The notes under the pieces are model-generated. The model saw only the letters and a program-made list of their open reading frames with translations. It searched no databases and was not told where the DNA came from. Below are positions 1 through 9,172 of a stretch of DNA of 40,001 nt, in pieces (position 1 is the stretch's first letter; each line of letters opens with the position of its first letter). Position numbers and translations under genes: made by a program. This DNA is from Escherichia coli (lineage in GTDB: Bacteria; Pseudomonadota; Gammaproteobacteria; Enterobacterales; Enterobacteriaceae): the NCBI GenBank assembly GCA_011601165.1, contig GCA_011601165.1_4547.1; one strand, given 5' to 3'.

Positions 1-1643
1 AGAATCTTATCAGCTTTAGGGAACTCCCAGTGCGACCAAGAGGCTTGAAGCTGTACGCCGTCCTTAAACAAGAACTTGTAGATGTAGATTCGGTTATATG
101 CACCTGTAGAGTTGACGCAGATGTAGTTCTCAGTACCTGTACCTTGAATGTCAAACACCCCGTTAGGGATATAGGACAGTACGTGGCCAGTGGTATCATC
201 GGCATCCTTCACGTCAGACACATCTGCTACAGCGAAGTATCGCTTAATGCTGGTGAATGACCCACGAGGCGCTGAGAAGAAGACTGAGCGTCCTACAGCG
301 AACGGTCTGGCATTATCGCCTAAGGCAAACTCTGAGCCTACATCAAGCTGGATAGACTTCGAGGTAAGGACCCCTGAGCTTGTCATCACGAACTGCACCT
401 CATCTGACCAAAGTAGTAGCTGCTCACTAAACGGAACGGCATACTTAAGGATTGAGATTCTAGGGTGACTTACAGCTACGTCAATAGGATCATCATCACT
501 CAGTGTCGCCACACTCTTAGGGAAGAACGAAAAGTAGTTTGCTGAACGGCTCATGATTACGTTCTCGCCTGACAAGAACCCCAGCCTATTCCTGTAGAAG
601 AACACATCGTTAATCGTGGCATCCACGAAGCTAGGCATAGGGTTTGTGTCATCATTACCAGCACCACGCTTAGACCAGTCCAGAGTCTTGAACTCAAAGG
701 AGCCGTCAGATTGTCTAACCAGAGCATGTGGCATTGTGGTGTTATCGAACCCAGTGACCACTCCCGGCTCTACTGTCTCCTTCCACGTCTTAGTGCTGGA
801 GTCATACATCACGTAATATTCATCGGCGCTACTGTTGGTCTCACCTTGAATCTTAATGATGTACCCATTTGGAGCTGCAAGAGGCAACTTAGAGATTGTT
901 TGCACCGTGTCGATTACTGGGCTGATTAGCTGGTTAGCGTAGCCATCCTCCGTCTCCACTGAGTTAATGTCAGTCCCTGAAGGGGCAGTGATTAACAGGA
1001 AGCCAGGCCCAAGGTCGAACGTGAAGGTAGGGTAAGCAGCAACAAGAAGGTCTCTCAGAGCTGCACCGATAGCCTGAGCATCAACCTTAGGAGGGTCATT
1101 CTCGGCATCATTACCTGCTGGCAACTTATGCTCTACCTTAACGCCCCCGTTGATTCCTACCTTAAGGGTGCGACCATACTGTCCACCACGCAGGTTAATT
1201 AAAGCACGAGCTTTACGATTATAACCAGAGTGTGACTTCTCGCTTCCACCTTTAATGAAAACCTTACGGTTCACGATGAACGTATAGTCTGCAACGGTAA
1301 CGACACGGATGTCATCTCGCGGGTTGGACGACTCAACGTAGTCTACCACACCGGAAACTGAGTATTGATTACCGCTCAAGTCAACTACCTGAATGTTGGA
1401 CCCGTTGAACACGATGTAATACTGCTCCTGCTCATCACGGTTAATCAGGTGGAACTTAGGGTTGCTCCCAACGTCGATGTTAAGACGTCGCTTGAAGACT
1501 GTAGGTGGGCGCTTCTGGAGGCCATCACTCTCTGATGACCAGCAGTTAACTTGCGACTCGCCTTGGTCTGAGAACCTCAGTATGTCAGGCTGTTGGCTAA
1601 TGCCACCTTTAAGGTTCTTGATTGATTGAGTAATTAGTGGCAT
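1..1643 (-). CDS. 12: tail tubular protein B (T7 gp12), N-terminal part; runs off window start
   Basis: ATG at 1643-1641 preceded by AAGGAGG; translation begins MPLITQSI and stays open to position 1; remainder of gene found at 39287-40001. Confidence 0.85.
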   Translation of the reverse strand, partial: MPLITQSIKNLKGGISQQPDILRFSDQGESQVNCWSSESDGLQKRPPTVFKRRLNIDVGSNPKFHLINRDEQEQYYIVFNGSNIQVVDLSGNQYSVSGVVDYVESSNPRDDIRVVTVADYTFIVNRKVFIKGGSEKSHSGYNRKARALINLRGGQYGRTLKVGINGGVKVEHKLPAGNDAENDPPKVDAQAIGAALRDLLVAAYPTFTFDLGPGFLLITAPSGTDINSVETEDGYANQLISPVIDTVQTISKLPLAAPNGYIIKIQGETNSSADEYYVMYDSSTKTWKETVEPGVVTGFDNTTMPHALVRQSDGSFEFKTLDWSKRGAGNDDTNPMPSFVDATINDVFFYRNRLGFLSGENVIMSRSANYFSFFPKSVATLSDDDPIDVAVSHPRISILKYAVPFSEQLLLWSDEVQFVMTSSGVLTSKSIQLDVGSEFALGDNARPFAVGRSVFFSAPRGSFTSIKRYFAVADVSDVKDADDTTGHVLSYIPNGVFDIQGTGTENYICVNSTGAYNRIYIYKFLFKDGVQLQASWSHWEFPKADKI

Positions 1644-1652
1644 AGGCCCTCC

Positions 1653-1880
1653 TTAAATCATACTCATTAGGACGTATCCCTCAGCGATGTCACCAACGTC
1701 AGCCACATGGACAACCTTACGTGCTACCTGTTGTCCAGTATATCCGTTGTCCCACTCGTTCAGGATAAGCCAGTCGCCAACCTTAAAGTCCCGGTCGTTA
1801 AGTCTCAGCTCTGCTGTCTTTAGACCTAGTTGTACTGGACCAAAGTGCTGGCGGTGAATCTTCAGGTTATGCGCTGCCAT
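1653..1880 (-). CDS. small ASCH/PUA-like (DUF3850-type) protein, 75 aa; not present at this position in T7
   Basis: ORF MAAHNLKIHRQHFGPVQLGLKTAELRLNDRDFKVGDWLILNEW...; ATG overlaps gp11 stop (TAATG); motif pattern recalled from DUF3850/ASCH family. Confidence 0.5.
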   Translation of the reverse strand: MAAHNLKIHRQHFGPVQLGLKTAELRLNDRDFKVGDWLILNEWDNGYTGQQVARKVVHVADVGDIAEGYVLMSMI

Positions 1881-2446
1881 TAGTCCCTCCCGATGTCGGA
1901 CATCATGTTGTAGCGACCAGTATCCATCTCGTATTCCATGACCTGCTGATAGAGTTCTGCTTCCTGCTCACGAAGGTACAGTTCAGACTCTTGGCTACCG
2001 AAGAACTTAGCGTTGAACTCACGGCTAGCCTTGGTAACGATGTAGTCCCTGAAGACCACTGGCATCTCAGAGAATGGTTTCATCTCAACAAGCTCTACCG
2101 TTATAGGGTCGGTGAAAGTTGTTGACTGAGTGGACAGGTCGTACAGGTATCCACCCATGTTGCTGTAGTAGCTGGTGGCCCCAGCAGTCATTACACGAAG
2201 GTATGACGGTAGGAATCGAATCCTGTTGTCTTGGACATCAGGTATCAGGACAGCAGCTTCGTTGATGTTAAAGTTCCAGCCTTTAGCTTGTACCTGACGA
2301 TTGACACGATGCAGGATACGTTGAGCGTTCGAGACGTCAGCGTTACCTTCGTCAAGCTGTAGGACTGCTGGTTCACCGATAGCAGCTAACATATCATTGA
2401 TGGCATCTAAGTCATCGTTAGCATTCAGTGGAATGTATTGAGCCAT
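1880..2446 (-). CDS. 11: tail tubular protein A (T7 gp11)
   Basis: 188 aa, resembles T7 gp11 as recalled (…LAAIGEP…GWNFNI…YIVTKASREFN…MEYEMD); SD GGAGGG upstream. Confidence 0.85.
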   Translation of the reverse strand: MAQYIPLNANDDLDAINDMLAAIGEPAVLQLDEGNADVSNAQRILHRVNRQVQAKGWNFNINEAAVLIPDVQDNRIRFLPSYLRVMTAGATSYYSNMGGYLYDLSTQSTTFTDPITVELVEMKPFSEMPVVFRDYIVTKASREFNAKFFGSQESELYLREQEAELYQQVMEYEMDTGRYNMMSDIGRD

Positions 2447-2460
2447 AGGCCCTCCTTAAG

Positions 2461-2499
2461 CAAAAAACCCCTCAAGCACCCGAAGGCACCCAAGGGGTT
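2461..2499 (-). terminator. Tphi-like intrinsic terminator for phage RNAP between genes 10 and 11
   Basis: mRNA sense CCCCTTGGGTGCC-TTCG-GGTGCTTGAGGGG followed by TTTTTTG; resembles T7 Tphi as recalled. Confidence 0.8.
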
Positions 2500-2503
2500 T
2501 CAA

Positions 2504-3816
2504 TTAGTTTGTGAAAGATACGTTGAAGGAACGCACAGGCGAACCGTCATACTCAACAATCACTAGACCTTCCACGCCAGAGGTGGCCTTGAAGTAGAGA
2601 CTGTTGGTTCTACGGGAGTAACTAACACCATCAGGCGTAGCAACATCAAGCAGCGACCAGTCGGTCACATCTGAAAGCTCAGGGAAGTCAACCTTCAAGC
2701 TGGTTCCCACCGTAGAACTATACGTCTCTAAGGTAGGACCCTCGGTAGAGAGGGCCTTAAAGGTCGTTAACCCGCTGACGCTGCTGTGAAAACCAGTGCG
2801 CCTGCTGCTTCTGGACGCAGCCCACCGTGACCCATAGCGTACTTACCAACAATCAGGTCGCCCTGAGCATCGACGTCACGGTCACGTTCCAGCGCCAAAT
2901 CACGCAGCTTAACAGTGCCTACGGCAGATCGGTGAGAGAACAGGCCCACAACGTTGTCCAGCGCAACTTTAACATCACCAGTAGCAGTAGCCGGGAAGGC
3001 GTGCTTCTGACCGGAAGCGATAGTGATACCATCATCACCACGAGTCTCACCAGCACCGCCCTGAGTCAAGTGTGGAACTTCAACAACCACGAAGCCCATT
3101 ACGTTACGGATGTTACCAGTCTCTGGATCAATCAGCGCAGCATAGTTAGCAGCGTTTGGCATCAGAGCCGCGAGGATCGCAGAGTAGTTATCAGGCGTGG
3201 TGTAGAAGTAACGGTCGCCAGCAGGAACGTAGTTGGAGGTCAGCTTCGCACGCGCAATGGTCAATTGACCGATGATTGCTTCACCCAGTTTAGCTGGGGT
3301 ATCGAGGGCAGCTTTCGTACCAACTTCCAGTACGGATGCGGTGCCTAGACCAGCAATGTTCTCGTTGGATGCGGACGGAAGGTTACACAGGATAGCCATT
3401 TCAGCTAAAACCGCACCATCGGCAGCGATAGCCAGAGCTTCACCTAGCTGGTTGGAATACTCACCGGCCACGTCATAGTGGTTCATCGCGTCTTCAATAT
3501 CGAAAATCATCACATCGGCAGTCAGCAGACCATCAATGGTAATCACTTTCTCGGTATGTTTGATACCTTTACGCTTATCGGACAGTCGCTCACCGGGAGC
3601 CAGATACACACCAGAGGTGCGACCCATGACCGGGAACTGAGCAGACTTACCGTTCTGAATGGTACGGACAATATGCTTGTCAGCCGTTACAGAGCGGCGA
3701 GTGAATGCGGTCAGGACTTCACCAGCAAAGACCTTCAGGAACAACGCCAGAGCGTCGGAACTAGATTTGCCTTTACCTTGGTCTGTACCAATTTTCTGAC
3801 CCGGAACGTTTGCCAT
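2504..3816 (-). CDS. 10B: minor capsid protein 10B by programmed -1 frameshift at GGTTTTC (2788-2794), extension ends at 2504
   Basis: -1 frame is open from 2842 to 2504 with no stop; slippery heptamer G GTT TTC sits 8 codons before the 10A stop; same heptamer is used by T7 gene 10 as recalled. Confidence 0.65.
2767..3816 (-). CDS. 10A: major capsid protein 10A
   Basis: 349 aa, resembles T7 gp10A as recalled (…KVITIDGLLTADV…EDAMNHYDV…KYAMGHGGLRPEAAGA…); SD AGGAGA 8 nt before ATG. Confidence 0.95.
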   Translation of the reverse strand: MANVPGQKIGTDQGKGKSSSDALALFLKVFAGEVLTAFTRRSVTADKHIVRTIQNGKSAQFPVMGRTSGVYLAPGERLSDKRKGIKHTEKVITIDGLLTADVMIFDIEDAMNHYDVAGEYSNQLGEALAIAADGAVLAEMAILCNLPSASNENIAGLGTASVLEVGTKAALDTPAKLGEAIIGQLTIARAKLTSNYVPAGDRYFYTTPDNYSAILAALMPNAANYAALIDPETGNIRNVMGFVVVEVPHLTQGGAGETRGDDGITIASGQKHAFPATATGDVKVALDNVVGLFSHRSAVGTVKLRDLALERDRDVDAQGDLIVGKYAMGHGGLRPEAAGALVFTAASAG

Positions 3817-3920
3817 ATGATAATTCTCCTATTCAATTGAAAGATAAAGTTTATTACTTACTGTACGCCCAATCCGTATGGACTGAAGTAATAGGGGAAA
3901 ACCTTGAGTCTGCCTCTTGG

Positions 3921-3943
3921 TCTCCCTATAGTGATAGTTTAGT
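3921..3943 (-). promoter_or_regulatory. phage RNAP promoter (phi10 equivalent)
   Basis: ACTAAACTATCACTATAGGGAGA on minus strand, +1 G near 3926, upstream of capsid gene. Confidence 0.85.
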
Positions 3944-3944
3944 C

Positions 3945-4832
3945 CTACAGACTTGATGCAGCTACCTTAGCGCGAACTTCCATCGTGTACTTAGCGTCGC
4001 GCAGGTATCGCGGGTCACTCATAGCCTTAATCATGTCAGCCTTAGAGCTGAATGCTTCGGTCTGAGGAGCCTTAGGTGCGACCACAGGTTTAGCCTGAGT
4101 GGTGATGGTACGCTGAGGTTTAACGCCTACAGCTTTACCAAGTGTCTTTCCAGCAAGATTCAGCAGAGCTTTGGTAGTCGCAATGTCCTTACGAACGATA
4201 GCAGCTTCCAGTGCTTCACGAGTTGACGGGTCGGTTGACTCAAGGTGGGACAGGATTCGATTAAACTGTTCAGCTCCACCAGCGTAGCGAACCACACCAG
4301 CAGCATACTGTTCAGCCAGAGCTTCCTGACCACGGACAAACGAATCTACGAAACGCTTGGTGTAACCTGCTTCCTGCAACTTAGCGTAGGATGCGTCAGA
4401 CAGCTTACCGTCCTTGGCGTATTCAGCCTTGATAGCGGTAATTTCATCAGCAGTGACCTTGCCAGCTTCCACAGCAGAAGACACCATGTCGTCGAATGCA
4501 GCTTCGTTTTCATCCAACGCGGTGACACTTTCAGTCAGCTCTTTCGGTGCATCGCCCAGTTCGATGAACTCAGGCTGCTCACCATCGGTCTCAGACTCTT
4601 CGTCATCGGACTCGTGGTCTTCTTCACCTTCAGTCTCTTCGACGTTCTCGTCTTCTTCTTCGGTAGCCTCTTCGTTTTCGGCTTCCAGTTGCTTGAAGGT
4701 AATAGCGTCGTCGCCATCACGAACAGCTACGTCCTGTTCAAGCATAGACTTCTGGTGTTCGTTCAGGTCCTCAACGGAACCAGTGATTGCATTAGAGCTA
4801 ACGCCAAACTCGGCATAAACTGATTGAGACAT
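3945..4832 (-). CDS. 9: scaffolding protein (T7 gp9)
   Basis: acidic protein resembling T7 gp9 as recalled; start reset to ATG 4832 (MSQSVYAEFGV) with SD AAGGAG; track start 4898 lies upstream of the promoter +1. Confidence 0.85.
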   Translation of the reverse strand: MSQSVYAEFGVSSNAITGSVEDLNEHQKSMLEQDVAVRDGDDAITFKQLEAENEEATEEEDENVEETEGEEDHESDDEESETDGEQPEFIELGDAPKELTESVTALDENEAAFDDMVSSAVEAGKVTADEITAIKAEYAKDGKLSDASYAKLQEAGYTKRFVDSFVRGQEALAEQYAAGVVRYAGGAEQFNRILSHLESTDPSTREALEAAIVRKDIATTKALLNLAGKTLGKAVGVKPQRTITTQAKPVVAPKAPQTEAFSSKADMIKAMSDPRYLRDAKYTMEVRAKVAASSL

Positions 4833-4920
4833 TGAGTCATTCTCCTTTAAGTCGTTAATAGGTAACGGGACAGAGTATGGTGGCTCCCAGTGGCACACTC
4901 TCGGTGAATGTGTGTCCCGT

Positions 4921-4943
4921 TGTTCCTATAGTGATAGTTTAGG
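4921..4943 (-). promoter_or_regulatory. phage RNAP promoter (phi9 equivalent)
   Basis: CCTAAACTATCACTATAGGAACA on minus strand. Confidence 0.8.
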
Positions 4944-6507
4944 CTTGAGCCATGTCCTCACCAGCTCCCTGACCTACAGCAGCGCCCATGTTAGCACCAG
5001 CAGCAGACGCACCGTTGACCACAGCTCCTTGAGCGGATTGTTCAGCCATACGTTGCAACTTCTCGTCCTGGGTCAGCAGTAGACCAGCGGTGTCAATACC
5101 TAAGGCATTCAGCAGTCGCAGCTTCAGGGTCGGCAAGTTAATGTCAGGGTCCTGAGAGAGCTGCTGAAGACCAGTCATCATGTTGATTGCCTGAGTCAGC
5201 TTCTCTAAGTCTTGACCACGACCTAACGCTTCCAGACCGGTGGAGACCGTAGGCTCTACCACTTCTTTCGGAAGGTCAGGAATCATGCCAGCAGACTGAA
5301 GCTGGTTCATCAGCACACGGACGATAGGTAACTGAAGCTCTTGTGACTGTACTGAGTACACGCCACCTAAGGTCGCCTCCAGTTCGCCAGCAACATAACG
5401 AATCTCTTCAGCAGTGACTCGCTCGGCATTACGCTGAACAGCACTATTAAGAAGGAAGGCCCATCCTAAACGTTGCTCGATAGCATCAGCCACCGACTTG
5501 GCAATCGTAAAGTCCTGACCTTTCGTCAGTTGCAGGAAGTTGATGTCCTCAACGCGACCAGCCACGAACTCACCTGTAGCCGCCTTGTTCAGACGTCGAG
5601 GTTGCGTGATACCGTTCGGGTTAACGAGGCCCACCACCTTGGAGGCTACCTTAGCCATTTTGGTGATAGCTTCTGTAATCGTCTCCAGCGAGTTGAGGTC
5701 GCCCAGATACTCCTCGCAGTAAGAACGACCGTAGTCTTCACCATCCAGTCGAACCATTCGTACCGGGATGTATGGACATGCAGTCAGCGGGTAGGAACCA
5801 TCGGTCCCTGCTACCTCAATGCCTTCCACTTCCTCGTAACGCAGGTACTCGTCGTCCTGACGGTAGATGTGCGTATACACTTCAAGCTCGGTGTCAGGCT
5901 CATAGTCGTCTGCGTTGAGTTGAGACTTCACGTCTTCTGGTAGAGCACTAAACGCTACCTTGTCGAGAGTCACAATCTGCAAGATGTTACCGAACGCATC
6001 ACGTTGAACAACGTAAGACACTAAGCGGTACATTCTCATGGGACTGTAGGTCCCCTGTTCAGGCTCTGGAATGTAGAGCAGACAGTTACCGGAGACGATA
6101 AGCTGCTTCAGAGCTTCGAACAATGGCACACGGAAACTGTTAGTCTCCATGTAAGCCATCAACACACGCTCGACCATAGCCAGCCCTTCGTCAACACGAG
6201 CAGCCGCCTCTGAGTCCTGACTCAAGGTCTTGGCCTCATATTCGGAGACCGTCAGTCGCATCCATGGTGACTGAGGGAATAACGCCAACATCAGCTTTGC
6301 AGCCAAGTTGTTCAAGCAGCGAGCACCTACAGCTTGCCATGGAGTGGTGTACTCAGTAGACGAGTTGTCGGACTCCTTGGGAAATAGCGAGGGGATGGTC
6401 ACGGCAGCGCAGTTCTGTGCGCGTGTCTCATACGGCTGTCTTCCGTTCTTCAGTCTATCATAAACTGACTTCGCGCCTTCAGCAGCAAATCCTTCACGTT
6501 CAGCCAT
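4939..6507 (-). CDS. 8: portal (head-tail connector) protein (T7 gp8)
   Basis: 522 aa; N-terminus MAEREGFAAEGAKSVYDRLKNGRQPYETRAQNCA matches T7 gp8 as recalled; SD GGAGG. Confidence 0.95.
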   Translation of the reverse strand: MAEREGFAAEGAKSVYDRLKNGRQPYETRAQNCAAVTIPSLFPKESDNSSTEYTTPWQAVGARCLNNLAAKLMLALFPQSPWMRLTVSEYEAKTLSQDSEAAARVDEGLAMVERVLMAYMETNSFRVPLFEALKQLIVSGNCLLYIPEPEQGTYSPMRMYRLVSYVVQRDAFGNILQIVTLDKVAFSALPEDVKSQLNADDYEPDTELEVYTHIYRQDDEYLRYEEVEGIEVAGTDGSYPLTACPYIPVRMVRLDGEDYGRSYCEEYLGDLNSLETITEAITKMAKVASKVVGLVNPNGITQPRRLNKAATGEFVAGRVEDINFLQLTKGQDFTIAKSVADAIEQRLGWAFLLNSAVQRNAERVTAEEIRYVAGELEATLGGVYSVQSQELQLPIVRVLMNQLQSAGMIPDLPKEVVEPTVSTGLEALGRGQDLEKLTQAINMMTGLQQLSQDPDINLPTLKLRLLNALGIDTAGLLLTQDEKLQRMAEQSAQGAVVNGASAAGANMGAAVGQGAGEDMAQA

Positions 6508-6916
6508 CTACGTGCCTCCATGTTTTACCTTGGCGAACACGCAAAACTGTAGACTTGCTAACGCCTAGCTCACGAGCCAGTGTTGTACAACCTACGGTTG
6601 ACTTGCGGATTTCTCGAACAAGGTCTTCTGTTAAAACCGATAACCCTTGGTCTTCACCTCTAGCCATTTTGGTTTTATTGATGCGACCACGCTTTGAGGC
6701 GTCCTGCATGTTATCACGCTGAGTTCCTAACTCTAAGTGGTTTACGTTGAAACACGCTGGATTATCACACTTATGACGGACGAGCATTCCGTCTGGTATT
6801 GGCCCATGCGCATCGGCGTAAGCGAGTCGGTGCATATACACTAACTTACCGTCTATACGCTTCTGCCCGTATCCTGCTGAGGATTTGGCCCACTTCCACT
6901 CGATGCACCCGGTCAA
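6500..6916 (-). CDS. HNH homing-type endonuclease with C-terminal HTH
   Basis: GCIEWKW…SAGYG…HRLAYADAHGPIPDGMLVRHKCDNPACFNVNHLELGT…; apparent TTG start overlapping gp7.3 stop (TTGA). Confidence 0.75.
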   Translation of the reverse strand: MTGCIEWKWAKSSAGYGQKRIDGKLVYMHRLAYADAHGPIPDGMLVRHKCDNPACFNVNHLELGTQRDNMQDASKRGRINKTKMARGEDQGLSVLTEDLVREIRKSTVGCTTLARELGVSKSTVLRVRQGKTWRHVDG

Positions 6917-7161
6917 ATAGAGATGCCTCCACCAGAGGTACGAGAGACCTGAAGGCTACGCTTACCGGAACGCTTCACTTTCTTCTCGTCAGATGCGGTT
7001 GCTTCAGTATCCACATCCTCCACTTTGTCGTTCGGTACTTCCACTGGTACTGCTGGGGTCTGAGCCTCAACAACCTTAGGTGCATCGCTAGAGCCAAGAC
7101 CCACTGTCCCTAACGTGCTTTTCACCACTTTCTTGAAAGCCTTACTGATTGATTTACCCAC
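6913..7161 (-). CDS. 7.3: tail/host-range protein gp7.3-like
   Basis: 82 aa, lysine-rich N-terminus and C-terminus …SGGGISI resembling T7 gp7.3 as recalled. Confidence 0.65.
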   Translation of the reverse strand: MGKSISKAFKKVVKSTLGTVGLGSSDAPKVVEAQTPAVPVEVPNDKVEDVDTEATASDEKKVKRSGKRSLQVSRTSGGGISI

Positions 7162-7576
7162 GGTTAATCTCCTTGTTCGTGCTAACGCACTTGGTTGTTA
7201 CGATGTCTACCGACCCTGAAACATGCTTGACACGAGAATACCAGCCAAGACCCCAACGCTTGCACTCTTCGTCTATGATGTGCCTGACAGTCTCAAGAAC
7301 CTTGCGGGAGGACTGCGAGTCATGACGAATAGCGACGATTGAAAGGTCAAGACCGGGAGTTGGTCGGTGCCAAGATGTGGTCGCCAGCATGTAGAGATAC
7401 GCTACTGGTTTACCTGAGACATCGTAGATTGTGTACTCTTCACCGTCGAACTCGTCAGCCATACGGTAAGTATGAGCCTTGAAGTCCTCGAATGACTTGA
7501 AGTTAGACTGCCCGTCTTCCCAGAGGCGACAGGCGCACATGTGGCGACCTTCGCGTGAGTTGAGATATGGTAGCAT
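7154..7576 (-). CDS. 7: gp7-like virion/host-range protein
   Basis: 140 aa ORF in the T7 gene 7 position. Confidence 0.55.
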   Translation of the reverse strand: MLPYLNSREGRHMCACRLWEDGQSNFKSFEDFKAHTYRMADEFDGEEYTIYDVSGKPVAYLYMLATTSWHRPTPGLDLSIVAIRHDSQSSRKVLETVRHIIDEECKRWGLGWYSRVKHVSGSVDIVTTKCVSTNKEINRG

Positions 7577-7580
7577 TGTC

Positions 7581-7805
7581 TTACCCCATGTTTACGCCAG
7601 AGGCCCGCATAGCGCGACTCACTGACGATTTATCTTTAGGTGCGGACTCCTTCTTAACCTTAAGGTCTTTGATACCTTTGGTCTCATTGGTGTCCACATC
7701 CGATTCAGCCCCGATGTCAACTGACGCAACTTCCTCACTCAGAGGTGCTGGTTCAGGTGCTTGGACCGAAGGCTTCGGAGTGCTAATCTTTGGACTGAAA
7801 CACAT
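7581..7805 (-). CDS. 6.7: gp6.7-like virion protein
   Basis: 74 aa beginning MCFSPKISTPK, as T7 gp6.7 as recalled. Confidence 0.7.
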   Translation of the reverse strand: MCFSPKISTPKPSVQAPEPAPLSEEVASVDIGAESDVDTNETKGIKDLKVKKESAPKDKSSVSRAMRASGVNMG

Positions 7806-7819
7806 AGTCCCTCCTACAG

Positions 7820-8092
7820 TTAATCGAACTGAACGGTATCTTTCAGCTCACGACGCATAGCAATCGCAGAGTCGAGAGTGTCAGAACAATACTGGAGACC
7901 CTTGATGAACCCGGCAATGAACGCATCGCTGTAGCCTTGCTGCTTGAGGAGGCTAATAGCTCCCATCTTCTCAGCGTAGCTTGCGTTGAACAGTACGTGC
8001 AGGAACTGGATGGCAGACTGGGAGATGTTAGGGACATCAAGTCTTTCTTCCTGTAACTGCTTAACAACGTTTTCAATAGCATTAAGCGCCAT
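7820..8092 (-). CDS. 6.5: gp6.5-like protein
   Basis: 90 aa ORF directly downstream of a phage promoter, at the T7 6.5 position. Confidence 0.5.
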   Translation of the reverse strand: MALNAIENVVKQLQEERLDVPNISQSAIQFLHVLFNASYAEKMGAISLLKQQGYSDAFIAGFIKGLQYCSDTLDSAIAMRRELKDTVQFD

Positions 8093-8153
8093 CTTGAATC
8101 TCCTCTTTAAGTTAAGACTAAAGTCTATCTTATAGTCATATCTTAGGTCCTAA

Positions 8154-8176
8154 AGTCCCTATAGTGATAGTTTAGT
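8154..8176 (-). promoter_or_regulatory. phage RNAP promoter (phi6.5 equivalent)
   Basis: ACTAAACTATCACTATAGGGACT on minus strand. Confidence 0.85.
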
Positions 8177-8302
8177 GTTTCACCTATGGATGACTGTTGG
8201 ATTGATAGGATATGACTATCGGTTAGACTCAGTGTTTAGGACGGTTGTTCGACCCGAACCACGTGTACATGCAGTAAAGGGCCAGAAGTCCGGCCCAGTA
8301 AA

Positions 8303-9172
8303 TTACATGGATGGTGTCCACAGGATGACCTCCTTGGACTTAGGGTCATAGTCAGAGGCTCGACAAATACGAGCGACCTGAGCTTGGACCAGAAGTTCCT
8401 CCTCGGTCATCCCAGCTTTAGCAGCCAGAGTCACCATGCAGTCCCACAGCGTCATGTCGTCACGCTTTGGATACTTCTTCCACTCAGTCTTAATCTGGCC
8501 TTTGTTCTTACCAGTCTTAAGCTCACGGCTCTCCTGAACGAAGTAGTACGGCTCATCCAGGAACGCACGAGTGGTATCCTCCCCCATCCCCGGAATGCCA
8601 CCGTAGCCATCTGTACTGTCACCCTTGATGGTTTGTTCCATGTGCCAGTAGTCTGCCTCAGCAGTAGTGTGGCTAAGGATTTCACCAGTGGTTAACCAGA
8701 AGAACTCACAGTTCGGGATGGTCTTGAAGTCCTTATCGCAGGATACCAAAACAGCATGGTCACAACCTACAATCTGAGGTCGTGTCCCGATGATACCCAT
8801 ACAGTCATCACCCTCAAGCGTTGGCCTCAGGAAGCTGTTGAACCGTGGGTCAGCCATAACTTCTGCTACGAACTTCTTGTATCCTACAGGCTTGCGAGAA
8901 CCTTTACGGTTGGCCTTATAGGTAGGCAGGACGTCCTTGCGCCAGTTATAATCATCAGTGAAGCACATCACAATCTTAGCGTCTTTCCACGCCTTTCGCT
9001 TCTTAATGATTTCAGCGATGGTGTTATCAAGGATACGACGAGCCTTCTCGTGGTCGCAGATAAGGGTCCAGATGTCATCACCCCAGTCTGTCTCGTCCTC
9101 GGCAGCAGCCATAGAAGAGAATACTAGGTAATCGCCATCAAGAACAAGAGCTATCTTCTTCTCAGCACCCAT
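8303..9172 (-). CDS. 6: 5'-3' exonuclease (T7 gp6)
   Basis: resembles T7 gp6 as recalled (…LVLDGDYLVF…DKDFKTIPNC…WDC…AKAGMTEEE…); start reset to ATG 9172 with SD AGGAGG. Confidence 0.9.
   Translation of the reverse strand: MGAEKKIALVLDGDYLVFSSMAAAEDETDWGDDIWTLICDHEKARRILDNTIAEIIKKRKAWKDAKIVMCFTDDYNWRKDVLPTYKANRKGSRKPVGYKKFVAEVMADPRFNSFLRPTLEGDDCMGIIGTRPQIVGCDHAVLVSCDKDFKTIPNCEFFWLTTGEILSHTTAEADYWHMEQTIKGDSTDGYGGIPGMGEDTTRAFLDEPYYFVQESRELKTGKNKGQIKTEWKKYPKRDDMTLWDCMVTLAAKAGMTEEELLVQAQVARICRASDYDPKSKEVILWTPSM

Noticed and set aside
2827-3478. Plus-strand ORFs 2827-3348 and 3272-3478 antisense to the capsid gene
   Set aside because: Fully overlap a confidently identified minus-strand gene; no SD or promoter in this orientation; the whole genome is transcribed from the minus strand.
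4245-4823. Plus-strand ORFs 4245-4823 and 4414-4818 (serine-rich) antisense to the scaffolding gene
   Set aside because: Shadow ORFs of the acidic, repeat-like scaffolding gene; low-complexity translation.
4833-4898. Track start at 4898 for the scaffolding gene (MCHWEPP…)
   Set aside because: Lies upstream of the promoter +1 region and lacks an SD; the ATG at 4832 with SD AAGGAG matches the T7 gp9 N-terminus.
8128-8150. Second promoter-like sequence next to the phi6.5-type promoter (mRNA CCTAAGATATGACTATAAGATAG)
   Set aside because: Mismatches at -7, -11, -12 and no GGG at +1 to +3; more likely a degenerate duplicate than a functional promoter.
8176-8302. Possible gene 6.3 homologue in the spacer after the exonuclease gene
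   Set aside because: Only a 13-codon ATG frame is present; no convincing ORF. A 5-bp GC stem (GGGCC…GGCCC) is too weak to call a terminator.
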